IMG/VR virus record: IMGVR_UViG_3300036766_000188
Coordinates: 1-34,682 of that record
DNA: 34,682 bases
Origin: a virus
Lineage: Duplodnaviria > Caudoviricetes
Reading direction: 5' to 3' (one strand)
In this document: positions 9,572 to 20,400 of the stretch, one piece after another
How positions within the stretch are numbered: position 1 is the first letter of the stretch
Layout of the letters: each line of letters starts with the position of its first letter
Position numbers and translations under genes: made by a program
The notes under the pieces: generated by a model
The model's input: only the letters and a program-made list of their open reading frames with translations
Told to the model about the DNA's origin: nothing
The model's database searches: none

Positions 9572-12500
9572 GTGTATAGACTAAACCTCGAAACAAGAAG
9601 CAATTTTAAAGAACTCCTTCGCAAGCAGGGGTCTGCACGTATGACTCCTCCTCAAGGGTTTAGTGATGGTTTCAATTTTATATATCAAGAAGGCGGCAAC
9701 CTACGCCTTCGAGCAGGTTTTAAAAAACTAAACGCATCCAGTTTAAATGCGCCTATTACGGGGTTGAAACAAGTCCCTTGGAATGTTTCTGCTCTTCTAA
9801 CAGTATGTGCAGCGGGAACAGGGATTTATATTTGGAATGAGGCACTTGATACATTTATAACTATTTGGAATACCCAGACAAGTGAGGCTAAGACGGTCTT
9901 TGATGCTTACGGGGGCAATTTGTTATTTGCCAATGGTCTTGATTCAATGCGGTATTATAATGGTTCAGTATGTCAAGAGGTCATACCTCCACTGGAAGGT
10001 TGGTATAGTGGCCTAAATCCTGAGATGGTTATTATTTGGAAGGATAGTGCTTGGGTTGCTGTAGGGCCAATGGTTTATAAATCAAATTTACAGGTTCCTT
10101 ATGACTTTCTAAATGGTTCCTCTACGCAGTTCCCTACAGGAGATGACAATCCCGTCCGCTGTTTAATAGAGGCTTTTGATAAACTCTGGGTTGTTAAAGA
10201 CCGCTCCGTAGGTTATATTACACAGACAAAAGTTGCAAATTTAGATGGGTCCATTTACTATGGGTGGACTTACACAAAAGCTTATTCCTCTGTCTTTGGT
10301 ACTCCATCGAACTTTGGTGCTTGTGGCTACGGGGAGAGTGCTTACTATGGCGCACCTGATGGTTTATTCGAGATTACGAATACGGGACGAGAAGGAATTG
10401 GTAATTTCAATACACAACGTCTGGAGGTTTTAGGGATTGGAAATTACTTCGACCCTGCACATACTGACCATCTATTCTTTAACTCTTTTGAAAAGCTAAT
10501 CGTTGTTCCTCATTTAGGAAGAAATGAAGTTTGGTTTTTTGTTGGCCGTTTAAGTAATAACATTGACACTATTTTAGTTTATTGTCGAGCCTTAAAACGC
10601 TGGACTCAATTCACTGTGCCTGTCTGTCAAGCAGCTTGCCCTTATGTAACTGAATCCTATCAGCGAGTTGTGGCAATAGGAACAGACGATGGGTTTGTAG
10701 CTATCTCTGACCAAGCCTTTGATGGTAAGGACTTGGGTATGGATTATGTAGGAAACTCCTATCTTGACTTTATGTGGTCTGGCGATTCTCCTATTTCTAC
10801 TCAATACAGTCAAGGTATTGCTGCGGAGTTTTTTAAGAGTTGGCGTTTGTTCTCACCAACAATCCAAGGGGCGCAGTTTAAATACTCAACTTACTTTGAT
10901 GAAGCACGTCCGGGTGTGTCCAATGTTCCCGTTGCTGTGGGTACCGGAGTGGATCAAATAGCCCACGAGGTTCCTCTTGAATTGAATGGTAAAGGTACTT
11001 GGTTAAAGACTCGCATTTCGGGCTCGGCGGGAAATTGGCCTTTAGAGATTGCGGGTATAGTCGTAGGTTCGAAGATTGTGCGCCAACGTCGACTTTCTAC
11101 TATTACACCTTTGGGCACTTGGACCTTGCCCACAACAACCGACTTTACAAAACCCTTCTACTGTGTAGCAGACTGGACACAAAGTTTTGGCCTTCTTCGT
11201 TTTTACGCGGGCAACAATTCCTTGATAGTGCAGATGGGTAATTTCTTAATAGAAGATATGATTGTTAATAATAGTATCACTTTGGGAGCTGAACGGGGCG
11301 GGGGCTTTGTTAAACACATAATTGGGATATACCTGGCAACGGAAACTTTTCAGGCCAACGATCCCTGGGCTTTGCCCACTAATCCTACTACTATCAATTA
11401 CTACACAGGAGGCGCTTTTGTTAACAATCCTGCTGTGTATACTACTACTATAACTCTGGGCACTGCATTAGCAACTGGCACAAATGTTATTGTTCGATAT
11501 TTATACGAAATGCCAGATGTTAAGACACCAAGTTATGCTTCAATGATGAATTATCCTTGGATTCAAAAGGTTGATGCAAACTCCTTAGTGCCCTCTATGT
11601 CATTTAAGGGTTTACCGGATTTTACTCTTTGCAATCAATGGGAGAATAAAAAACTTTTCCCCTTAAACGCCGCTGCTGCCAATGCAGCTATTAAATTTCT
11701 TTGGAAATTGTTGTTAAATACAATGGCTGCTAATGTTTTAAACTATGGCCCTTTAGTTTCCTTCTCTACCACTATTTCTGGGTTGCTTGGGCCTATTGGT
11801 TCTTCCCCTACAGCAGCAAATGTCTTATTGTTAACCAGTTTTCAAGCAGGACTGGCTACCGTCCCTGCGGCGGTGGTGGCTAACCCAAATGCGATGGCGC
11901 AACTTCCTATTGCTGACAATGTTGCTATGACTACACAATTTCAATCTTTGACTGATACTCTTAACTACGGTCTCAGTATTTCCATCAATATAGTGACTAC
12001 AAACTATGGGGCCTATGTAGGTATTAAATTAAATTGGCCTACCTTAGTAACTCAGCAGATAGATGCTATTTCTTTTGAGTACCAGGGTAATCAATCGGGT
12101 CAAGCGATTTTGTGTTCTTTAGTAGCAGAAAACGGTAATGTTTATTTTGCTGGCTTTCCTGATATTAGTTCAAATAAATTAACTTTAGGAATTCACCTTA
12201 CACAATTTTATCGCCTTTCAACACTCTTTTGGGATGGAATACGAGTTGTTAACTTTGTCACACTTTCTTACTATTCAGCCAGTGGAAGTAAGGCCCCCAT
12301 CGTAAGGGAGGTGTTAGACAGTGCCTTCTTTAGTCCAGAAGGTGATTTGCTGCACAGTTTTATAGAGTTACAAGACACAACGCAAGTGGCTTCCTGGATT
12401 CAAGCCTTGATAGATACTTCGGCGGTTAGTTATCCTGTTACAACAGCACAGGGACTTTGCTTTCTTTATAAATGTGCCTCTGGACCAAGTGCGCCTACAA

Positions 12501-14302
12501 TTCTTGTAACAGTGGTCTCAACAGGTGGGGGTACGAAGACCTTCAGTTTCACAGGTGTGCCAAATAATAAATGGATTAGGCAGTCGATACTTTGGGGAGA
12601 GTTTACGCCTAACGCACCTTCTGGGAACATAACTTCTATTACAGTGCGATCTACACCTTGCACTGGTTTACAGTTGGCGGACTTTTGTTTTTGTGATGCG
12701 GTCCGGCTACCCTATAAGCTAAGATACTCAGACCTCTTTGAAAACATTGATTCTTTGGTTTGGAGTGTTCAAGACAATGCTGGGTACAAAACCTATTACT
12801 TATATGACACGATTGTTACTTATACTTATTACACACCTGGATGGGGAACAATAGGTCGGGGGGAAACACTCAAACCTATTGCTCATCAAGGGACTTATGT
12901 TCAAGTTCTGTCAGCGCCCACATCCACTGTGGATTCAGGCGCTTTGGGACAGGTAAGTATGGAAATTACCAAACTGGCTATTGCGCTTAAGACCTCTAAT
13001 GCGTTCCCTTACACCTGGCCAAGTTTAATAGCCTATCTACCAGGGCAGTCAGAGGGTTTATTTAGTGGCGGCGTGTTAGCTTGTTATGCACCTTTACTCG
13101 CTGCTTGGATTGCTCAGGAATTAAATGACCCAACCTTAGAGAAGATGAATAAGAGTTTAGCAAGTCGGCGTAATTTAATTATTCAAGGTGCGGCTGCTTA
13201 TAAAGCAAGGTATAATATAGATGGTCCAATCGTGCCCGCCAATTCTTGTGTGGCTACAGAAGCCTTAGGTTTATTTCGAGGCTTTAATACTTTTGATTGG
13301 TATAGAAAGTGGCCCAATGCTGAGTTGGCTCTCTACCATTTTAACGGGAATTTAAATGATGCCTCTTTGGAAGGTCAGGATTTAGCTTGGAGTTCGGATA
13401 GTCAAGGATACACAACTGGACTGAGTTTTCCCTCTAACATAAACACCGCTATTGCTTTTACATCGGCAAGGTGGGCAACTGGCGCAAGTAGTTTAGTCCT
13501 TGGGCAAAACTTCTCTATTATGTTGTTAATCAAAGGTGGAACCCCGGCCGGTAATAACCTCATAGTGGCGCAGAAGTATGCAGGGAGTGGGTATGGTTGG
13601 AAGATAACCACCGGCTTGATTGGTGAAACGAAATTAATTTTAACAACTATTAGTTCTCTCGGTACAGTCAATCTGGAAATAGACCATGTGCTGGATGGAG
13701 CTTGGCATTTAGTTGTGTGGACAATTACTGCCGGACAATGTTTGGGGTATTTAGACAATGCTGGTGTGTTAAGCACAGGAGATATTGTCGGGAACATTAA
13801 TAATACAACGGATTTAAATGTAGGCAGGTCCGCCGAAGTTACTATAGATATATTTGGTATCGAGGCGAAGGTCATTCCTGCGGATCAAATAAGAATGATG
13901 TGGGTTGCCTTCCAAGGTGACCCAAACCAAATGGCCTTAATACCAGCCGCTTCAACAGGGATCGGTCAGTATTTGGCCTTTTTAAACACAGCTAAATATA
14001 GGTGGATTTCAAGTGATGTGTCTGTGGATTCTTATCTTGACAACTTTGTAACTTGGCTGGATGCAAATATAAAAGACTTGGGTGGCGGATTATACCAGCC
14101 CCCGCAGTATTTTAATCAATATGGTTATTCATATGGGACGGAAGTCAACCCTGAGTATCATGGGTTAATCTTACAGGGATTGATTTACTATTATTGGTAT
14201 TCAGGCTCAGCAACGGCTGCAATGTGGATTACTCGATTAATGGATGACTTGCGAGTAAACTTAACAGACCCTACTACACAACTCTACTTAAGTCGAGGGT
14301 AA
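9572..14302 (+). CDS. Tail nozzle / stabilisation-like protein fused to carbohydrate-binding-like, LamG-like and helical domains
   Basis: First ~510 aa resemble a beta-propeller nozzle (LLFANG, LWVVKDRS, EVWFFV, ILVY..ALKRWT). LamG-like domain at about 13320-13905 (LYHFNGNLND, FSIMLLIK, DGAWHLVVWT). Confidence 0.75.
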   Translation: MYRLNLETRSNFKELLRKQGSARMTPPQGFSDGFNFIYQEGGNLRLRAGFKKLNASSLNAPITGLKQVPWNVSALLTVCAAGTGIYIWNEALDTFITIWNTQTSEAKTVFDAYGGNLLFANGLDSMRYYNGSVCQEVIPPLEGWYSGLNPEMVIIWKDSAWVAVGPMVYKSNLQVPYDFLNGSSTQFPTGDDNPVRCLIEAFDKLWVVKDRSVGYITQTKVANLDGSIYYGWTYTKAYSSVFGTPSNFGACGYGESAYYGAPDGLFEITNTGREGIGNFNTQRLEVLGIGNYFDPAHTDHLFFNSFEKLIVVPHLGRNEVWFFVGRLSNNIDTILVYCRALKRWTQFTVPVCQAACPYVTESYQRVVAIGTDDGFVAISDQAFDGKDLGMDYVGNSYLDFMWSGDSPISTQYSQGIAAEFFKSWRLFSPTIQGAQFKYSTYFDEARPGVSNVPVAVGTGVDQIAHEVPLELNGKGTWLKTRISGSAGNWPLEIAGIVVGSKIVRQRRLSTITPLGTWTLPTTTDFTKPFYCVADWTQSFGLLRFYAGNNSLIVQMGNFLIEDMIVNNSITLGAERGGGFVKHIIGIYLATETFQANDPWALPTNPTTINYYTGGAFVNNPAVYTTTITLGTALATGTNVIVRYLYEMPDVKTPSYASMMNYPWIQKVDANSLVPSMSFKGLPDFTLCNQWENKKLFPLNAAAANAAIKFLWKLLLNTMAANVLNYGPLVSFSTTISGLLGPIGSSPTAANVLLLTSFQAGLATVPAAVVANPNAMAQLPIADNVAMTTQFQSLTDTLNYGLSISINIVTTNYGAYVGIKLNWPTLVTQQIDAISFEYQGNQSGQAILCSLVAENGNVYFAGFPDISSNKLTLGIHLTQFYRLSTLFWDGIRVVNFVTLSYYSASGSKAPIVREVLDSAFFSPEGDLLHSFIELQDTTQVASWIQALIDTSAVSYPVTTAQGLCFLYKCASGPSAPTILVTVVSTGGGTKTFSFTGVPNNKWIRQSILWGEFTPNAPSGNITSITVRSTPCTGLQLADFCFCDAVRLPYKLRYSDLFENIDSLVWSVQDNAGYKTYYLYDTIVTYTYYTPGWGTIGRGETLKPIAHQGTYVQVLSAPTSTVDSGALGQVSMEITKLAIALKTSNAFPYTWPSLIAYLPGQSEGLFSGGVLACYAPLLAAWIAQELNDPTLEKMNKSLASRRNLIIQGAAAYKARYNIDGPIVPANSCVATEALGLFRGFNTFDWYRKWPNAELALYHFNGNLNDASLEGQDLAWSSDSQGYTTGLSFPSNINTAIAFTSARWATGASSLVLGQNFSIMLLIKGGTPAGNNLIVAQKYAGSGYGWKITTGLIGETKLILTTISSLGTVNLEIDHVLDGAWHLVVWTITAGQCLGYLDNAGVLSTGDIVGNINNTTDLNVGRSAEVTIDIFGIEAKVIPADQIRMMWVAFQGDPNQMALIPAASTGIGQYLAFLNTAKYRWISSDVSVDSYLDNFVTWLDANIKDLGGGLYQPPQYFNQYGYSYGTEVNPEYHGLILQGLIYYYWYSGSATAAMWITRLMDDLRVNLTDPTTQLYLSRG

Positions 14303-14306
14303 CAAA

Positions 14307-14870
14307 ATGGCCTTTCCAAATGCTTTTACTAATGCTGTGGATGGAGTTACTACAGTGGCGGCGGCTCTAATTAATCAACTCGAAACCAAGGTTGGGGTTA
14401 ATAATTCAACTGACCCTAATTCTTTAGAATATAAGGTCAATCATTTACTGAGTTCCTTGACAGGGATTATTCTGCCCTTTGGTGCTACTACTCCTCCTAC
14501 TGGTTTCTTACTGTGCGATGGCTCAGCAGTGAGTAGGACTACCTACGCTATATTGTTTGAAGTCATAGGCACAACTTATGGTGTGGGGAATGGCTCTACT
14601 ACCTTTAATGTGCCTGATTTACGAAATAGAGTGCCAGTAGGAAAAGCAGCAAGTGGGGAAAGATCAACATTGGGTGCTGTAGGCGGCGCACTTAGTCATC
14701 ACCATACTGGTGGTCTGCATAGTCATGCTATTACAGTTATAGGAAGTGCTGTAGGAGGGGACACCTATTCGGGGTCGCCAGGATGCACTGAAACTGGCGG
14801 TGAATATAATACAACTGAAAGCAGCGGACTCGACCCTTATCAAGTAGTTAATTATATTATTAAGTATTAA
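14307..14870 (+). CDS. Short tail fibre with phage tail collar domain
   Basis: GIILPFGATTPPTGFLLCDGSAVSRTTYAILFEVIGTTYG...FNVPDLRNRVPVG collar motif, HxH motifs and terminal PYQVVNYIIKY. Confidence 0.92.
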   Translation: MAFPNAFTNAVDGVTTVAAALINQLETKVGVNNSTDPNSLEYKVNHLLSSLTGIILPFGATTPPTGFLLCDGSAVSRTTYAILFEVIGTTYGVGNGSTTFNVPDLRNRVPVGKAASGERSTLGAVGGALSHHHTGGLHSHAITVIGSAVGGDTYSGSPGCTETGGEYNTTESSGLDPYQVVNYIIKY

Positions 14871-14885
14871 GTATTAAGTATTAAG
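14858..14885. repeat. 4 x 7-bp tandem repeat TATTAAG
   Basis: Read directly. Overlaps the stop codon of the tail-collar gene. Confidence 0.9.
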
Positions 14886-14901
14886 GTTAAAATAAAAACA
14901 A

Positions 14902-15366
14902 ATGCCCCTCTTTGGCTCTGGTACATTTGGCTCTTTCCTCTTTGGTGCTGCTCCTCCTGTGGGACCAGAGATACCTTCTATTGCTAAGTTTGCTTTCTCC
15001 CAAACCTTCGGAGAGGCAATGGCCGGTTTTGGCTTGGCTATATATGAAAGAAACTATGCCCCTATTGCAAATCACTTATCGGTGTCGGCAGATAATATCG
15101 CCTTTTGGCAGGCGCAGGTGAGCCGCTTTTTAAGTAGCAAGAGTGCGACTAAACCCGCCTCCTTGACTCTTGATTTGATTCCTTACCTTTACTATGAGAG
15201 TGATGATTCTTTAAACACCTTCCCGATTACTATTTACAACTGTAATTTGGTTGACGCCTATGCTATTATCTCTGTTCTTAAATTGGCACAAAATTATTTC
15301 TTACAAACCGGAGACGGATCATGGCTTATGACCCTGTTGAACTTCTTAGTGAAAGTCATGCTTTAA
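14902..15366 (+). CDS. Hypothetical tail-associated helical protein
   Basis: 154 aa ORF in the tail region, aromatic-rich helices (LAQNYFLQTGDGSWL). Confidence 0.7.
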   Translation: MPLFGSGTFGSFLFGAAPPVGPEIPSIAKFAFSQTFGEAMAGFGLAIYERNYAPIANHLSVSADNIAFWQAQVSRFLSSKSATKPASLTLDLIPYLYYESDDSLNTFPITIYNCNLVDAYAIISVLKLAQNYFLQTGDGSWLMTLLNFLVKVML

Positions 15367-15536
15367 TTAAAGGGCAGTTTGACAATAACGACTTTATGAA
15401 ATCTGTCAATGATTATTTGGCTGGTGGAGTTAATTGGGTTGGCAATCAACCCTTGAACGCTATCTTGGGTGGACTTGAACCACAAACAATCCCTAAAGAG
15501 TTACTGGTCTTTGGTGGGGAAGGTAACGTAAAGTAG
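15321..15536 (+). CDS. Hypothetical protein
   Basis: 71 aa, GGAG upstream of ATG, fills the gap before the ejection genes. Confidence 0.6.
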   Translation: MAYDPVELLSESHALIKGQFDNNDFMKSVNDYLAGGVNWVGNQPLNAILGGLEPQTIPKELLVFGGEGNVK

Positions 15537-15569
15537 AAAGAAAGAAGAAAAGAAAGAGGAGATAAATAA

Positions 15570-16172
15570 ATGGGCTTCCTTGGTGATTATGCCAGTTTGT
15601 TTGGAATACAAGATGCGGCGAGAGCCAAACCCAGTACGATTACACAAGAAGGATACGAGCAAGGAACACAAAATATAATTCCCACTTTTGATTTGGGAGT
15701 GTATAGTCAAATTCTTGGTGCGCTACCTAAAACAAATGTTGAAGGTATAATGGGTTACGGCATGTCCTATGACCCAGCCACCGGGCAAATGAAAGTAACG
15801 AGGGGTGGAAGTCCTGAGGCGGGTGGGGCCTACTCGGACAAGATGAAGGCTTACATAGAATCTATGGGCTCAGATGTTTATAACAAGCAAGTTTTGCCTG
15901 GACTACAGGCTCGAGGGATTTTAAGTAGACCAGGAAGAGGACAAACTTCCAGAGAAGAATCGTTGGGCACTCAGGATTGGGGTCGGATGATGACTCAGCA
16001 GGGCTTGCAAGCTGGTGCTCAGGGGATTCAACTTGAACAAGCCGGGCAAAGGGATTTGCTTAGTCAATTGCAGACAGCGTTGGGCGTGAGTGCTGGGGCT
16101 ATTGCTCCGGCTACTGGTAAGAATGTTCAAACAACCGGAAAGAGGTGGGGTACTGAGACGGCTTATATGTAG
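15570..16172 (+). CDS. Probable internal virion (ejection) protein
   Basis: MGFLGD start, Gly/Gln-rich, strong SD, positioned after the tail genes. Confidence 0.65.
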   Translation: MGFLGDYASLFGIQDAARAKPSTITQEGYEQGTQNIIPTFDLGVYSQILGALPKTNVEGIMGYGMSYDPATGQMKVTRGGSPEAGGAYSDKMKAYIESMGSDVYNKQVLPGLQARGILSRPGRGQTSREESLGTQDWGRMMTQQGLQAGAQGIQLEQAGQRDLLSQLQTALGVSAGAIAPATGKNVQTTGKRWGTETAYM

Positions 16173-16213
16173 GCTGTATGACGGTATAAGGGTAAAAGAA
16201 AGAGGAGAAACCA

Positions 16214-17401
16214 ATGGCTGATTTATTTGACTTTAGAGGCGTACCCCGAGAGTCTGATGCGTATCAATCTGCTATCAATAATTTTGTGCAAAGTCAATAT
16301 AGACAGGATGCACTGCGTACAGACACCGCCAACAAGCAAATGGAAATTGATGCTCTGTTGGCGAGGGCGAGGATCAATGAAGAAGCAGCAGATCGACGTA
16401 ATGCGGCGACTAACGAGGCCAACGCTGCTATTCACAAAGCCAACAATGACACACAGCAACTTGTTCATCTTGTGCCTAAAGAAACAGTGGCGGCTTATAA
16501 TAAAACTGCTGGGACTAACTATCCGGAAAGGGATTTACCGGCTCAGGCTTTTGGAGCGTTGATTCAAGCAGATAAGCAGGCGGCGTCTGATGCGGTAAAA
16601 GAACGGCTATGGGCTAATAGAGATGCGACTAACCTGGAAAGAACAATCACCTCTAATGAACGCATTGCTAAGGCACAAATAGATGCAGAAAACCGTCGTA
16701 TAATCGCAGCTAATAATCTTGACATTCATCGTCAGGAATTGGAGAAAGCTGCGGAAGATAGACAACGGATAGCCACTGCACAAGGAAATCTCAATTCTCG
16801 GATAAAAGGCGCACTTAATATAGAGCCAAATAAACAAGGACTCAATACGGCATTTGATCCGGGGCAAGCAATAGTAAATAATCCTCAATCTGTGGAAGAT
16901 CTTATTCCGCAGGTTATCGCCGCTGGGGGTTTACCGAAGGGGGTTCCTGTCACTCCGATTAAACCATATGCAGCCTATGAATCCCCTCCTTATTTTTCCA
17001 GTATTCGTCCGGAAGCAATGAAGGAGTATCAACAGAGAGAACAAAAGTTTAACACTTTAGGACAACAGTGGAGAGCAGCCATAGCCCCACCAACCACAGG
17101 CTCGGGTGGGGCTTCAATGAATAAAGGGGTGCCCAAGGAATTAGTTCCTACTTCACCAACCCCGGCAGCAACTCAACTAATACCCACTCCAACGCCAACG
17201 CCATCAAACACGGGGGGATTTTCAAGCATGGTCGGGGCTCAACCCTCACTCCCAGCCCCCGGACCCTCTGTGGGAGGTCCCCCCTCTTCTTCTTCTGTTC
17301 AACCAGTCCAACCTCGGCCTACTGTTATTCGAGTAGCCCCCGATGGGCGTAGGATTGAATATGATGCTATAACTAAACAACCTTTAAGAGTGGTTCAATA
17401 A
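16214..17401 (+). CDS. Probable internal virion (ejection) protein
   Basis: Ala/Asn/Arg-rich helical N-terminus, Pro-rich C-terminus, strong SD. Confidence 0.65.
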   Translation: MADLFDFRGVPRESDAYQSAINNFVQSQYRQDALRTDTANKQMEIDALLARARINEEAADRRNAATNEANAAIHKANNDTQQLVHLVPKETVAAYNKTAGTNYPERDLPAQAFGALIQADKQAASDAVKERLWANRDATNLERTITSNERIAKAQIDAENRRIIAANNLDIHRQELEKAAEDRQRIATAQGNLNSRIKGALNIEPNKQGLNTAFDPGQAIVNNPQSVEDLIPQVIAAGGLPKGVPVTPIKPYAAYESPPYFSSIRPEAMKEYQQREQKFNTLGQQWRAAIAPPTTGSGGASMNKGVPKELVPTSPTPAATQLIPTPTPTPSNTGGFSSMVGAQPSLPAPGPSVGGPPSSSSVQPVQPRPTVIRVAPDGRRIEYDAITKQPLRVVQ

Positions 17402-20400
17402 ATGGCAGATGTTAATGAAAGTGCGCCTTTACCACAGTGGCATGAGACTCAGGATTTAGAATTACCCGGGTGGGATAAGACTACACCTATACCCGATGTC
17501 AAAGGGACTAATCCTGATGTGGGTTTGATTGCAACAGTGCGTCCTTACATAACCCCTATAACAGAAATGGCAGGACTGGGTCTTGGTGGTGCAGTTGGCG
17601 CTGGATCCGGTTTATTAACCGCTGGTACAACCAGTATTCCCGGAGCTGTAGCCGGTGCTGGATTAGGATATGCGGCGGGGAAAAAAGTTGGGGAATATAT
17701 AGAAAATCTCTTAGGCGCACCGGCGGTTATTCCTCCCTCGGTTGGTGAGAGTTTAATTGACTCAGCAAAAGATGTAGGAGTAGGGGCGATTTATGAAGTC
17801 GCTGGGCAAGGTGTTGGCGCCTTAATAGGGAAGGCGATTGATGTAGGTACACCAGTTGTTAAACGACTATTTGGAAAAGTTATTCCCGAGGAATTGAGTG
17901 GTGTGGTAGGTGATGCGACGAATGCAGTAGAAACAAATGCAGCAAAGGCAGGCACTCCTGAAACTAATGAGGTTCTCCGGGCGGCCTCTATGCCGCAAGA
18001 GGGATTTCCTCCTTTGCTCTCTACGGCAGTGGTTGAGGGAGAGCCTGCCTTTCCTTCTAAGTTAGTTGCAACTCCTATAGAAAACCGTACTATATTGGAA
18101 GCTTTAGGTGTGCCTGATAGATATCCGCCATCTAATGAATTATTACAGGCAGCTTTAGGTAGTGGAGAATTGCGGATGCCTATAAGACCTAACTTTCCTA
18201 AGGATACGGATGTAGGTTCCATACGCCCAATAACTTTTGGTACTGGTGAAAATGTAATAGAGACCGGGTATAAAGCTCGTGTATTGGACGTAGATACAGG
18301 ACTTTATACTGAAAAGTATTTAACGAAAGATGGTAAAGTTGCTCAAGGTATTACACTTTCAACCGATGAATTTGGGTCGCATGTTGATTATCTTAATTCA
18401 GAAGGAAAAGTAATTGCCCGTACTACCGCCGACTCACCAGAGGCTGTACTACGGTTAGGGAAGGCGTCTCGACTATCCTCTTATGAAGAGGCTGCTGATC
18501 CTTCAGTTTCATTTAAAGGTGGCAGGGTTTCTACTTTCACAGCACAGGACATTGAGAGTGGGCAGCCCACAATGGTTGTGGTTCAAGAAGGCAAAGGGGC
18601 TATTAGTACGAGTGGGCCTGCTTATAAATTAACTGAAACTTCACCAATTATCACGTCGCCAGAGGTTGATCCTACGTTGCAAGTTGTAGCCGGAATTGAC
18701 AATCATCCCTTTGCTGACATTGTTAATAATTTGTCTAAAGGCGCAGGACGGGCCAACGAACCTGTAGTTCCTATCGGCTCCCCCAACCTAAGTACAACTG
18801 TGCCTTTACCGCCTTCTCCCGATTACAATGTCTTTGGTCAATACTTACTCCGGGCTAAAAGTGCCGCCGACTATGCACGGCATTACTTTGGCGCAGATAA
18901 TTTTGTAGTAGATGCACAGTCAGTAACAATGTGGATAAAGGACCGAGCAGCGGTTTATGGAAAGTGGTTTAACGAGCTAACTCAAGGTATTTCAAGTAAT
19001 AGAGACGTACTGACTGAAAGACTTACGCCGATCCACAGACAGTTTTTAGCAGACACAGTCGAACAAAGATTTAACTTTAATCGTGCTGTTGAAATGGCAA
19101 AGACAGCTCAAACCCCTGAGGAATTTGCTGCATGGAATCAAGCAAGAAATCAAGCAAATGAGGCTTTTCTTGTGGCAGCGAAGGATACTTATGCACAGCG
19201 GTTGGCGCTCTTAAAAGAATTGGCGGCAGACCCTAATAACTCTGGACTTCGTATTCACTTAACCCTTGGTGGAGAGGGGGAGAGTTTAGGAATTAAATTA
19301 ACAGACCATGAGCAAGTTGTCGCTGATAGGATGCAGGAATTCTATGAGTTGTGGAAGGGCGCAGCTGATGACGTGGATCTTAAGACATTAAGCGGTCCTT
19401 ATGCCCGACGTTTATATGACCATGATGGTCAGTACACAGGAGCACGTGGAACACTCAACGATTTCTCGTCTAAGACTATTGGAGAAAAAGAATTCCAAGC
19501 CAGGATGGATGGGTCTGTTGATTGGTTTCCTGACTTACAAGACACGGGGCAGAATTATATTCTCATCGTGGCAAAAAGAGTAGGTTGGAGACAATGGGAA
19601 AACCGTTGGGCAGATACTTTAAATGCTTCTCCTAATCATATTAGAGACTATGCTACAACACTTTACAACGACTGGCAGGGTCAAAGTTCTCAGAGTATTA
19701 TGGCCAAGGCCGCAGAAATTTATAGGCAAGGCGAGTCGCTTAGACTAATTGCTTACAACCTTGGTACTATTGTAAAGCATGCTTTTAAAATTCCACAAAC
19801 AATAGCTCATGTGGGTTTTGCAGATACACTTGAATCCCTTGGGCCATTATTTAAAGCATACACAGGCAATGATCCTATTACTAAAAGACTTATAGATAGT
19901 TTTGCACAATTTAAGGCCCTAAGCCAAATAGCCTTTGAGGACGTAGCACCTACGTTTAATAATCCCTCGTCAGAAAAGCTATTTGGTTTTTATAACAAGA
20001 TGCGCCAGTGGGGAACCTCCGGCATAGCCACAATGGAGTATTTTGAAAATGGTTTGTCTATTGTAGGGTCTGCGTTAAAAGCCGCTCGTGGAGAAAACTT
20101 CGACTTTCAATTATGGCGTCAAGGTATGTGGGATACAATCAATCGGTGCAATTATAGGTCGGATATTGATACTCCCCACTGGATGCGGACTGGTGTAGGA
20201 CGTGTGGCCTCTTTATTTACCTTTACTCCTTTAAAAATCACTACTGGTTTTGCTCAAACAGCAGCAGAAATGGGGAAGGATTTACTTAATGTTTTAAAGG
20301 GTGCAAGTAGGCACCAAACTGAATTAGGGGAGAATTGGTTTACCGTAGCAGTTAGAATGGCTACTATGTATGGATTGGCAGAAGCGGGGGCGAGAGCAAC

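Noticed and set aside
14307-14870. Diversity-generating retroelement targeting the tail fibre
   Set aside because: No reverse transcriptase and no template/variable repeat pair seen
787-16211. Repeat AAGAAAGAGGAGA before several structural genes as a late promoter
   Set aside because: Its position just upstream of the start codon fits an extended Shine-Dalgarno sequence
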